DNA of 63,286 nucleotides, counting the filler, from Folioceros fuciformis (Eukaryota): NCBI GenBank assembly GCA_049999805.1. It is 13 parts of 13 records of this genome, joined end to end, with 100 filler letters (N's around TTAATTAATTAA, not from the genome) between each part and the next. Parts side by side here need not be neighbours in the genome. Positions count along the whole stretch, not along the records: positions 48,454 to 52,694 come from JBNGIO010003499.1; positions 52,795 to 54,644 come from JBNGIO010003500.1; positions 54,745 to 56,024 come from JBNGIO010003501.1; positions 56,125 to 60,854 come from JBNGIO010003502.1; 9 more parts are not named here. One strand, given 5' to 3'. The notes under the pieces were generated by a model. The model worked only from the letters and a program-made list of their open reading frames with translations, did no database searches and had not been told where the DNA came from. Below are positions 50,252 through 60,954 of the stretch, one piece after another. A program made the position numbers and the translations under genes. Position 1 is the first letter of the stretch, and every line of letters starts with the position of its first letter.

Positions 50252-51680
50252 TCAAATTTATCTTGGTAGGTAGAGGGTATTGGGAACTTTGTACAAGTGA
50301 TGAGACAGAACTTGAAATAAGTACAATTCCTTCATAAGGGCAATGAAGAGTTCACAGGCAATGGATAGAGCGAGCATGTGAAGTGTTACATTGGTTCTCA
50401 TTGAGCATTTCAAATGTTATGGTCATCCAAATCAAGGAATGTAAGTCGCCGAAAGGATGAGATATAGTCATGAAGAACTATGGGAATTTTACACATGCAA
50501 GGAACATTCAATTGAAGCAGTACTTCAACAATTTGTCACAAGGTAGCAGAAGCATACTTGTGTACACAATTGAGGCAAAGACGTTAGCAGATTAACTTGC
50601 TACGATAGATTCAGAAGTGACGGAGGATGACATGATTGATTTGACATTGAATGGACTTGATAAAGAATATAGGTCCTTTGATACATTAATTTTTGTGAGA
50701 GCTGAAGTTTTGCACCTGAGAAGCAAAATGATAAGAGAAAGTATATTGATTCAAGAGCGTTTAATCACATGACTCTGCATGGTGAGTGCTTTGACGAAAT
50801 GAATGTAGGTCGCCAAGGTAATGTGTGCATAGGAGATGGTACACAATATGACATAAGGCATAGAGGAATTGTTCCTCTTATGGTGGCAAATGGTCAGAAG
50901 AAAAGTTTGAAAGATGTGTTACATGTTCCAACTATCAAGTATGTTGATCTTGGACATGTGTGTCCCTCATGTCAGTTTGGAAAGCAAATGAGATTTCCAT
51001 TTATGCATCGTGTGCAGAATAGCACAAGACCATTGCAGCTAATACATTTAGATATATAGGATCCATCCCACAATGCATCATTTAGTGGAGTGCATTATTT
51101 GTGTCATTTGTGGACGATTTTAGAAGGTATACTTGGTTGTATATACTCAAGCATAAGAATGAAGTATTCGATGCATTTAGAAACTTCAAGTACCATACTG
51201 AAAATGAATTCAGCTACTCTATTTCTTGTATTTGATCACATGGAGGTGGGAAATATGTCCCAAATGAATTTGATAGGTGTCTTGCGAAACATGAGATACA
51301 AAGACAACTGACTTGTTGATATACACCACAACATAAGTTATGTTGTGGTGTATATCAACAAGAATATATATATATTTTTTTGTATATATTTTTCCTCTCT
51401 ACAACACAGTGTTGCAGAGAGGAAAAATAAGGTGCTAACGGAATCAACAAGGGCAATGCTGCATGAAAAATGCTTACCTAATACGTATTGGACCAAAGCA
51501 TTATGACTGTAGTATATGTGCTGCATCTAACTCCCATAGCTGGGATTCATCATGCTACATCATATGAGAGGTTGTATAGATATAAACCTAACATTTGAAA
51601 CTTGAAAGGTTTTGGTTGCATTGCATATGTGCATGTACCTGATGAGAAGCGTAAGAAGCTAGATCCTAAAGCGATCAAGT
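50252..51680 (+). mobile_element. Highly decayed Copia gag/protease/integrase relic
   Basis: Motifs LTLNGLDKEY, YIDS..FNHMT, DVLHVP, CPSCQFGKQ, VAERKNK, FGCIAYVHVPDEKRKKLDPK. Confidence 0.88.
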
Positions 51681-52064
51681 GGCAAGCGGCATGGGCTGCA
51701 TGATAGTCGAGTGGCAGGAGGCAAAAAGGCAGAAATTGGGCACTGTCATTCAAGTAGAAGCTGTCATTTATGTACTCTTGAGGCATTGGCATGCAGATTG
51801 GGGGAGGAGGGGAGCGTAGCAACAGTGGTGGCAACTCTAGCCCGACCTTCGGTGATTGGGAAGGATGGTGTTGATGGTAATCCACTAGAAGAAAGCCATC
51901 ATAGTGATGGGGCTACCCTTCCAGATAGTACTCTCTCTACTTCAATTCAAACCTACGAGGGCCATAGGACGAAGGCAGTGGAGGCCACTACAGTGGGAGT
52001 GGGGCATGCTTCTATTCTCTCACCACGACCCAATACATGGTTAGAGACCGTGGGACTTGCAAGA

Positions 52065-52694
52065 TGTGGTGGCAAAACCCCGAGCACTATTTGCCAACGG
52101 GTTCGACCTTTAGTGGCCACACTTATCCCACTGACGTTGAGACATTGGGTTTCATTCCTATAGAATTATTAAAGCCCAATGTGCTTAGACTAATGTGTTT
52201 AGTCTAAGATTAGTGTCTAGTTAAGTATCATTTGTTTAGATTAGCTTAAGCTAATCTTTAGGAAGCTTCTCGCGCAGCTTCCTGTGCTCTTCTTATGAAG
52301 CTTCCTTGGGATCTCTTCTAGAGGGTATAAACACCCTCTTGAGCTCTGTGGAGGCAAAACCTCGGGCACTGATTGCCGACGGGTTCCACCTTTTGTGGCC
52401 ACACTTATCCCACTGTCGTTGAGACATTGGGTTCCGTTCCCATGAAGGAGCGATGGGAATCCTTGCTGCTGTGGATGGAGGGTCGGACTCAATCGACTCC
52501 GTGATGGATTCGAGGGCTCCCCTCCAGCTCCGATTAGGCGTAGGAGAGGCCTCGCTGTCCAGCGGTCAGCTGCACCTCTCTCGGTGCCCACAAACTCACT
52601 CCAGTCACTACAACGACCCTAACCTTTCAGATTTGCGACTTCCCTCACTCACTTCACTCGCTCTCTCACTCCAGCACCAACACCAGCAACTAAC
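52065..52694 (-). mobile_element. Two nested LTR 3' ends: a divergent copy ending at 52065 and a family 1 copy at 52347-52694
   Basis: Both start TGTGG.GGCAAAACC on the + strand. The 52347 copy matches the reverse complement of ~61975-62323. Confidence 0.85.
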
Positions 52695-52794
52695 NNNNNN
52701 NNNNNNNNNNNNNNNNNNNNNNNNNNNNNNNNNNNNNNTTAATTAATTAANNNNNNNNNNNNNNNNNNNNNNNNNNNNNNNNNNNNNNNNNNNN

Positions 52795-54644
52795 GGGAGA
52801 AATGGTCGCCTAGCCAAGTCTCGGCAGATGGCCCGGCCGACGACCGGCAACAAGGAAGCGAGCCCAAAATTGGGATTGTGGGGGATATCCTTGATGGTTG
52901 GCAAGTATCCCCCGCCGGAGGACTGCTAGACCAGGGATGTCTGGAGGACGGACCCTGGCTGGTGTGCATAGAACGGCCTGGTTGACAGGATAGGCAGCCA
53001 TGGACAGCAGCCGAGACAGGCTGCAGGAGTATCCAGCAGGCGGCGACCTAGCAGCTAGGGGCCTCTCGCCAGCTGGTTGGACAAGCGGGACAAAGTGGAT
53101 CTGAGGGGGGTCGGGCTAGGGGCCTAGCTAGATGTCTTAGCCAGGCGAATGCCCGGCCGCGAGCAACTGAGATGAGCCGTGATGGCTGGCCGAACAAGGG
53201 GGTTGCTGGCTAGAGATGGTGGTGAGGAGTCTGGTCAACAACCCAGCCCGCTCCAATTGCAAGCGGGTAGTAGGCGGCCTACGGGCTGGCCGCCTGGCCA
53301 GATCTTGGCAAAGCCAGGCTGACCAGCTAGCTGAATCAGGAAACAACAGGCGACTCGGCAACCAGGCGAGCTGACTGGATCCAGTCCCGATCAGCCGGAG
53401 ACCGAGTAGTTGGGACAGTCGCAGTTTGGCTGGAAGCAGAGCTAGGGGAGTCACAGCGTGCTGGTCGAATCCAGGCACTGGCTGAGGATAAGCGGTTGAA
53501 TCCGAGAGCACCCAGGCACGGACGGACTTGCACTTAGTGCACTGCAAACCAAGGAGAGCGGCTTGTTCCAAATCCCGGTCAAACCAGGTGCAGTGCAGAT
53601 CAACTGACCCCATCGGCGGTTCTGTATGGGCGTTCCTTCGGGCTGGACAGAGTGGTCTCGACCGGATCTAGCAGCCGAAGACTAGCCAGATGGCTGGTTG
53701 GATAGCCAGTAGGCCTAACAGCCGAGTAGGCGTCTTCCCCCTATAACAGCCGAGTAGGCGGCTGCCCAAGGGGAAGACAGGGGAGTGTCCCGAGGGACAC
53801 TCCAAGGATGATAGCTTGACACTGAAACACTGGTTGTAGGCTACTGCCAGGCTATCTTAGGGCGTGGGGATGGCGTTGGGAGGGGGGGGGGGGGGNNNNN
53901 NNNNNNNNNNNNNNNNNNNNNNNNNNNNNNNNNNNNNNNNNNNNNNNNNNNNNNNNNNNNNNNNNNNNNNNNNNNNNNNNNNNNNNNNNNNNNNNACTGC
54001 CCCACCCAAGCATCCAAGGCAAGGGTAGTACATCCCCTGTACCATGGCAGCTAGTGGCCGTAATTAGCATACGGCTTGCCATCCGCGGTTAGTGGGTTGG
54101 AACTAACTCGCTACCGCAGGCGGAGGGCCGGATGCTAAGTGCGGCGATGATGGATGGTGTGTGCCATGCCAGAACGCGACGCCCTGGGGTTATCCGCTCA
54201 AGGGCATCAGTCCAATAGACCAGTCCAATAGCTTGGAGGGTGGGGGCATGTGAACCTCCAAAGTTTGGGGTAGTAGTTTGTTTTGGTTGAAAAAGGGTTA
54301 ATAGTGGTATGGTTTGATTTTCTTTTTTTACTTCTTTTTCTTAATTTTTCTTTATTTTCTGGTCATTTTTCCTATTTTTCTTTGTGCTAATTAAGTTAAT
54401 TGACTAGGAAATAGTTGGTTTGGTTATTAGAGTGGGTAGAAGTCTGGTTCCAGACCTGGGAAAGTTTAGGTCCGGTACCGGGCCATAGGGTTGGGAAAGT
54501 TTGAGTCTAGGTCTGGTGATTAGTTTAATATTAATTAAAGATATATAATATTGAATGATTAATAATAATAAAATAATGGTTTGAACATAGGAACGGGAAT
54601 ATGTGGGGTATGTCAGGGTCTGACGTCAGGCTGGCTGATTGCCT
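52795..54644 (+). mobile_element. LTR family 1: 3' internal region, PPT (54235-54248) and start of the 3' LTR (54249)
   Basis: GGAGGGTGGGGGCA lies immediately before TGTGAACCTCC. Confidence 0.75.
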
Positions 54645-54744
54645 NNNNNNNNNNNNNNNNNNNNNNNNNNNNNNNNNNNNNNNNNNNNTTAATTAATTAA
54701 NNNNNNNNNNNNNNNNNNNNNNNNNNNNNNNNNNNNNNNNNNNN

Positions 54745-55481
54745 CAATCAAGAAGGGGCTAAGGAAACTGTGCTTATGGATGCCCAAGACATAGTGGGAT
54801 TTGGCCCCACCATACATTGCCATGGGGTACAGGCTCAGCAAACATGCCTCCTTAGCTCACTTCAGACCCTACTTTTTGCTGTTTGGGAGGGAGCCCATAC
54901 CGCCCAGCGCTAATGCCAAGCAAATGGCAGGAGTTTTGGATCTGGATGACCCTGCTGCTTGGGCGCGTACTATTGGTGAGAAGGCTGCATTGTTCAGGCA
55001 AGTGATGCCCATGGCAATGGCCAATCTTTGCATTGCACAGCACCGGGACACATTGCGGTATGCCTACACTCGCAGTGGTAGTTTCAAACCCAAACTGAAG
55101 AAATTTCAAGTGGGGGATTTTGTATACTTGCAATGCCAAACAGGGGACACTTTGGACACTATCAGCAGCCATCATGTGCTGCGAATCAAGGAGGTCCGAC
55201 CAAATGGGGTCTTGCTACTGTAAGGGTTAGATGGGCGCACCATCATAGACCATATGAAGAATTGCGCGCCCTGCCACCTTCCTAACTTGGACCCAACCAT
55301 TGTCACCGCCGATTGGATTCCTCCTCGAGATTACCCATGCCAGGTATGTTGAAGGATTGATGACGCTGAGTTGGTGCTACTTTGTGACCATTGCAATGGT
55401 GGTTACCATCTATTCTGTCTCAATCCACCTCTCTCAGAGGTTCCTGAGCAGCTTTGGTACTGCCCTTGTTGTGCTGCACTG
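54745..55481 (+). mobile_element. Gypsy-type integrase C-terminus fused in frame to a PHD finger, decayed
   Basis: AMGYR...PYFLLFGREP...FQVGDFVYL is followed in the same frame by [42 protein letters not shown] (C4HC3). Two stops intervene (55221, 55350). Confidence 0.88.
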
Positions 55482-56124
55482 NNNNNNNNNNNNNNNNNNN
55501 NNNNNNNNNNNNNNNNNNNNNNNNNNNNNNNNNNNNNNNNNNNNNNNNNNNNNNNNNNNNNNNNNNNNNNNNNNNNNNNNNGTACAAATGCTGAATGTGC
55601 AAGCCTGGAACCCCAAGCTTCAAGTGGGTGCTGGCCAGACTCAGGACTCACTCATCACAACATTGCCCTAGCACGACAGCTGTCATGAAGGTGACCGCTG
55701 ATTAGGTGAGAAACCCTCAGCCAATGTTGTTTAGAATAGGATAGCAAATATATGTTTTAAATGCTAGGATAAATGAACTTAGCTTAGGTAGATATTTCGC
55801 AAACTAGCTTAGAAATAGCTAGATGTTTCTAGGCAAGTTGAGTCTGAACACACGTTGGGTATTTCCCAACTTGTTGGTGGTGTAACCTTGTTGCCCAACA
55901 TGGCAACGTGGGGAAACAACAGAACTTAGGGTACGCTAGCAAGGCATCATGGAAGGAGCAGTGTTGATGCAAGGGCATGAAGCCAACTCAGCTGGACGTT
56001 GGATCATGAAGATGGCTGGCGTTANNNNNNNNNNNNNNNNNNNNNNNNNNNNNNNNNNNNNNNNNNNNTTAATTAATTAANNNNNNNNNNNNNNNNNNNN
56101 NNNNNNNNNNNNNNNNNNNNNNNN

Positions 56125-57737
56125 AGTGGGATAAGTGTGGCCACTAAAGGTGGAACCCGTCGGCAATCAGTGCCCGGGGTTTTGCCTCCACACCAAGCCA
56201 GAATTGGAACCCAGTCGTGCTAAGCACTGGCAAGTGAAGGTGGCTCCAATAGAGGAACTAGCTAAGAGAAGTCCAAGAGGCTGTGGGAGGCTTGATGGTG
56301 GTGGAGCGGGTTGCCAGGATAGTAGCTTGTTGTCAGGGGGAAGCCAATGGGGGTGTTCTGAGTGACACTCCACGGATGANNNNNNNNNNNNNNNNNNNNN
56401 NNNNNNNNNNNNNNNNNNNNNNNNNNNNNNNNNNNNNNNNNNNNNNNNNNNNNNNNNNNNNNNNNNNNNNNNNNNNNNNCAATTTTGAAGAGGTGACCAC
56501 AGTACTGGAAGAAGGGGAGGAAGAGTTGTCAATTTTGAAGAGGTGACCACAGTACTGGAAGAAGGGGAGGAAGAGTGGTCAATTTTGAAGAGGTGACCAC
56601 AGTACTGGAAGAAGGGGAGGTCCGAGGGGTTTGAGAGAGTTAAGGGCAGTTTTGAGAGGCACTGGTGATTGTTGGTAGGGGCAACTAAGTGTCCGAGAGG
56701 TAATGGGCAATTAGGTGCAGGGGTAGGTTAGAGTTAGGCTTTGGTTAGGCTGCGATCAGAATTAGGTCTAGGTGAGACCTGGATCAAGTCTAGGTCAGGC
56801 TTAGATTAGGTTTAGGTCAGAATTAGGGATGGGCTAGGTCAGAGAGAGACTGTCGGCAGTGGACTGAGGCTAACCTAGTAGATAGAGGTAGGGTCTTGGG
56901 CCGGGGTAGTATAAGAGGCCAGACCTGCCATTGAGGAGGGGGCGGTCTATGGTGTGAGGTCCCCGGATTTTGTGGGTGGAACTCCTGGCTTAGGGTGCTG
57001 AGCCGGTTGAGGTCGACCCAAAGTCCTGATTCCCCTTGCCACTAGGGGAACGTGGGGATCCCGGGGCTGTCAAGATCCGTGTGGCCGGATCCGCAAGGGC
57101 TACATGATTCGCAGGTTGGCTGAAGTGAAGGAACAGGACCGTGAGCTGAAGGGCTATCCAGTCCTAGATCCACACTATGCTTGAAGGCTGCAAGAAGTGA
57201 AGCCATTGTGCCTAATTCCCAGGGGGGAGAGCTGAAGAAAAGAGAGGAAGAGTTGGAGTGGGATGCATAGAAGTGAAGGGTGAGCTACTGAAGAGTAGGA
57301 GTGTGTGTTGAAGTGGAGGGTGGAGGACTGAAGTGAAAAGGAAGGGACTGAAGTGGGAATCTTGGAGGGCTGAAATGAAGAGGAAGGGACTGAAGTGGGG
57401 ATCTTGGAGGACTGAAGTGAAGAGGAAGGGACTGAAGTGGGAATCTTGAAACGCTGAGGTCAAGGAGAAAGTGGCTGAAGTGGGAATCAAGAAGAGCTGG
57501 AGGACTGAAGAACAGGAGTGTGAGTTGGGTGAGCTGACTTAGGGGGTAGGCTAGGCTTCTAGCCCTTTTGTTGTGAGTGTATGGACAGACCTATAGACCG
57601 GCTGATAGGTAGAAGTGCGATAGGTAGTGTTCCTTGGCACTAGTTCACTCCCTTGGGAGCGAACCATAGGACTGCAACGACAATAGGGAAATGTGTGGCC
57701 CCTTGGGTGGTTCTTGGGTGCAAGAAATCACTCCACA
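56125..57737 (+). mobile_element. Family 1 LTR end (56125-56192) followed by a family 3 LTR ending at 57737 with no PBS
   Basis: GCCTCCACA ends at 56192. ~56700-57737 matches ~7480-8509. A 50-bp tandem repeat lies at 56480-56620. Confidence 0.85.
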
Positions 57738-60079
57738 CCCCCCACGCAGCACACCATAGAACAATTAGATGCGCTGTGCATCCGCTGATTCCTAGTTAGC
57801 AAGGGTCAGCTGCTCAAACCTCTCCACAAATTCATCCGGGGCCTCATACCCCTTCTTCTCCCCATGCAAGGGGTACGGCTGTTTGGTGGACATTGCAACA
57901 ACTGGTGTCGCCATGGTGCTTGCACTCACTCCGGCCGTTGCAGATCCAGCAGCTCTAGGCCCTGGAATTTGGCTGATGCTGCTGAATCCCTCAGCTCTTG
58001 CACTCTTAAGCACCTGCACAAGCCCAGGTTGAAGACCAAAGGGCAGACTTGGGTAAGGTTGGCCTAAATTAGGTCCCTCCCCCATAGCAGAAAGTTGGGG
58101 GTCTTGCTCCAACATGACTGATTCCCCCACGGCCTGCTGGTTGCTTGCCCCTCTCCTCCTCCTTGCTGGTGTATACCCTGATTGTGCCCACCTCAACTCC
58201 CTCTCCACTGCTCTTTGCTCACGCTCCAATACTTACTGCTGCCTCCTTGCTTGAGCTTGAGCTCCCCCTTCAAAGCTAAGTTGAAATCTTCAGCTCCTAT
58301 GCGGGGCATCCATCAACCCTGCCACATTCCCTTGTACAGTCCCCTATCCAGGTGAGTCCTCTCCAAACCTTGACAGCAATGTTCACTCCCCAGCAACAGC
58401 ACCAAAATGTGGAGTGGTTTCTTGCACCCAAGAACCACCAAAGGGCCACACTTTCCCTTATTGTCGTTGTAGTCCTATGATTTGCTCCCAAACGAGTGAA
58501 CTAGTATCAAGAAACACCTACAGCTATCTACTCATACTTCTACCTATCAGCCGGTCTATAGACCTTACCACACACACACAACAAAGAGGCCAGAAGCCTA
58601 CCCTATCTTCAAATCAGCTCACCCAACTCACATCCCAGATCTTCAGCCCTATAGCTCTTCATGATTCCCACTTCAGTCCTTCCTCCTTCACTTTAGCTCT
58701 TCATCCTTCACTTCAGCACACACTCTTGCACCTCAACAACTCACTCTTCACTTCTATGCACTTCACTCCAACTCTTCCTCTCTTTGCTTCAGCTACCCCC
58801 TGGAAAATGGGACACAACAGCTTCACTCCTTGTAGCCTTCAAGCGTAGTGTGGATACTAGGACTGGATAGCCCTCCTGGCTCACGGTCCTGTCACTTCAC
58901 TTTAGCCAACCTGCGAATCATTCAGCCCTTGCGGATCCGGCCACACGGATCTTGGCAGTCTTGGGATCCTCCACATTCCCCTGGTGGCAAGGGAAATCAG
59001 GACCTTGGTTCAATCTCAACCGACTTAGCGCCCTAAGCCAGGAGTTCTGCACACAAGGTCCAGGGAAATTGCACCGTAGACAGCCCCCTTCTCAATGACA
59101 GGTCTGGCCTCTTATACTACCTTGGCCCAAACCTCCATCTCTGTCTACTAGGGTTAGCCTCAACCTCCATCTCTGTCTACTAGGGTTAGCCTCAGCCTCC
59201 ATCTTTGTCTACTAGGGTTAGCCTCAGCCTCCATCTCTATCTACTAGGGTTAGCCTCAGTCAACCACTTAACAGTCTCTCTCTAACCTAAGCTGCCCCTA
59301 AGTTTGACCTAAACCTAATTATGACCTAATCCTAACCCTAACTCTGACCTAACCTTAATTTGACCTAATCCTAACCCCAATTCCGACCTAACCTAACCCC
59401 GACCTAAGAGGGGTTGTGACCCCTTGAAACCGCTGGTTGCTCCCTACCAAAAATCACCAGCCTCTCACACTCTCCTCTCCTCTCTCGGATCATCCCTTTC
59501 CCTCAAATCATCCTGCAACCCTTCAGAGCCTCCACCTTCCTCCAGTTGTCTACTCCCCATCCTGCTAGCCAAGGAGGCCCCATGGTCCAGCCCAGCTACC
59601 CATCTGATGCTCTTGAGGAGCAGCCTTGTAAACCTGGCACCTGAAAGTGACATCCCACCATGTGGCTCCCTACTTGCAAGCAAAATGCCGATTATGTCAT
59701 TCGGCTACTCGGGCTCCAATCTAGTTGCAGAAATGGCAATGCCTGGCTCATGAACGCATTCAGTGCTGTCCAGGTTGACCACTCCAAAGGCCTTTAGTAG
59801 CATTATTCCCTCTTTCTCTGGAGTCACGAACCTCCTCCCAACTGCCCCGCTTCGCTCAACCCGTTGAGAAACGGCCGCCTGCTAGCCGCTTGGATCCAGC
59901 TCCTGCATGCCATCCATCATTCTGGTCTAGAGCTGGCCCGCCATAATCCTACCACGAATCCTGAGGGGGGTGCCGGTTCCTACCGTGCTGATCTGTCTCT
60001 ATCCCGCCACCCACTTGACTACACTACCTAGCCCGGATTTAACTGCCAACCCCTTGCTCGGCCTACCGATCAATCTCCT
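57738..60079 (-). mobile_element. Family 3 element: 5' LTR ending at 58408, PBS 58387-58404, gag ~58309-57740
   Basis: PBS TGGTGCTGTTGCTGGGGA. The gag matches ORF 8606 and extends to PDEFVERFEQLTLAN. A 32-bp x4 tandem lies at 59132-59259. Confidence 0.87.
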
Positions 60080-60854
60080 TGTGAACCTCCAAAGTTTGGG
60101 GTAGTAGTTTGTTTTGGTTGAAAAAGGGTTAATAGTGGTATGGTTTGGTTTTCTTTTTCAACTTATTTTCCCTAATTTTCCTTGATTTTCTGGTCATTTT
60201 TCCTATTTTTCTTTGTGCTAATTGGGTTAATTGACCAGGAAATAGTGGGTTTGGTTGTAAGAGTGGGTATAGGTTTGGTCCCAGAGCTGGGAAGGATTAG
60301 GTTCGGTACCATGCCATAGGGTTGGGTGATTAGTTTAATATTAATTAAAGATATATGATATTAAATGATTAATAATAATAAAATAATATAAAATAATAAA
60401 AATAATATAATAATGATTTGGACATAGGAAGGGGTATCTGGGTGTGTCAGTGTCAGGGGTCAGGGTCGGACGATAGGCTGGCTGATTGCTTGGCTGGCAT
60501 GAACGGCTGTGGAGGCCATGCCCTAGCTAGAGCTAGAGGCAGGGGTTGCAGCCGCCCCATCCCTTTTCCTCCCTTTCTCCCTTCCTCCTCCATTGCCTCC
60601 TTGCCCCCTTCCTCTTCTTCCTCCCTTCCTTCTCAATCTTCCCTTCCTGTTTCTTCCTTGGATCTAGATTGCAGGCAAGAGGAGGGATCGACGGGTGATG
60701 GGAGCGAATGTGTGCAGGAGAGGAGGCTGAGGCGAGCAGCAGGATCTGGCTGGGAATTTTCTTCTTCTTTCCGTTGATTTCCTGTCCCGATTTCGTCCTC
60801 AATCTACAACCCCGTTGCTCTCCCGCTGCTGGTGCTGCCATTTCCCCTTCCCCC
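60080..60854 (+). mobile_element. LTR family 1, 5' part
   Basis: Starts TGTGAACCTCC and matches 54249-54644 and 61288-61718. Confidence 0.9.
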
Positions 60855-60954
60855 NNNNNNNNNNNNNNNNNNNNNNNNNNNNNNNNNNNNNNNNNNNNTT
60901 AATTAATTAANNNNNNNNNNNNNNNNNNNNNNNNNNNNNNNNNNNNNNNNNNNN

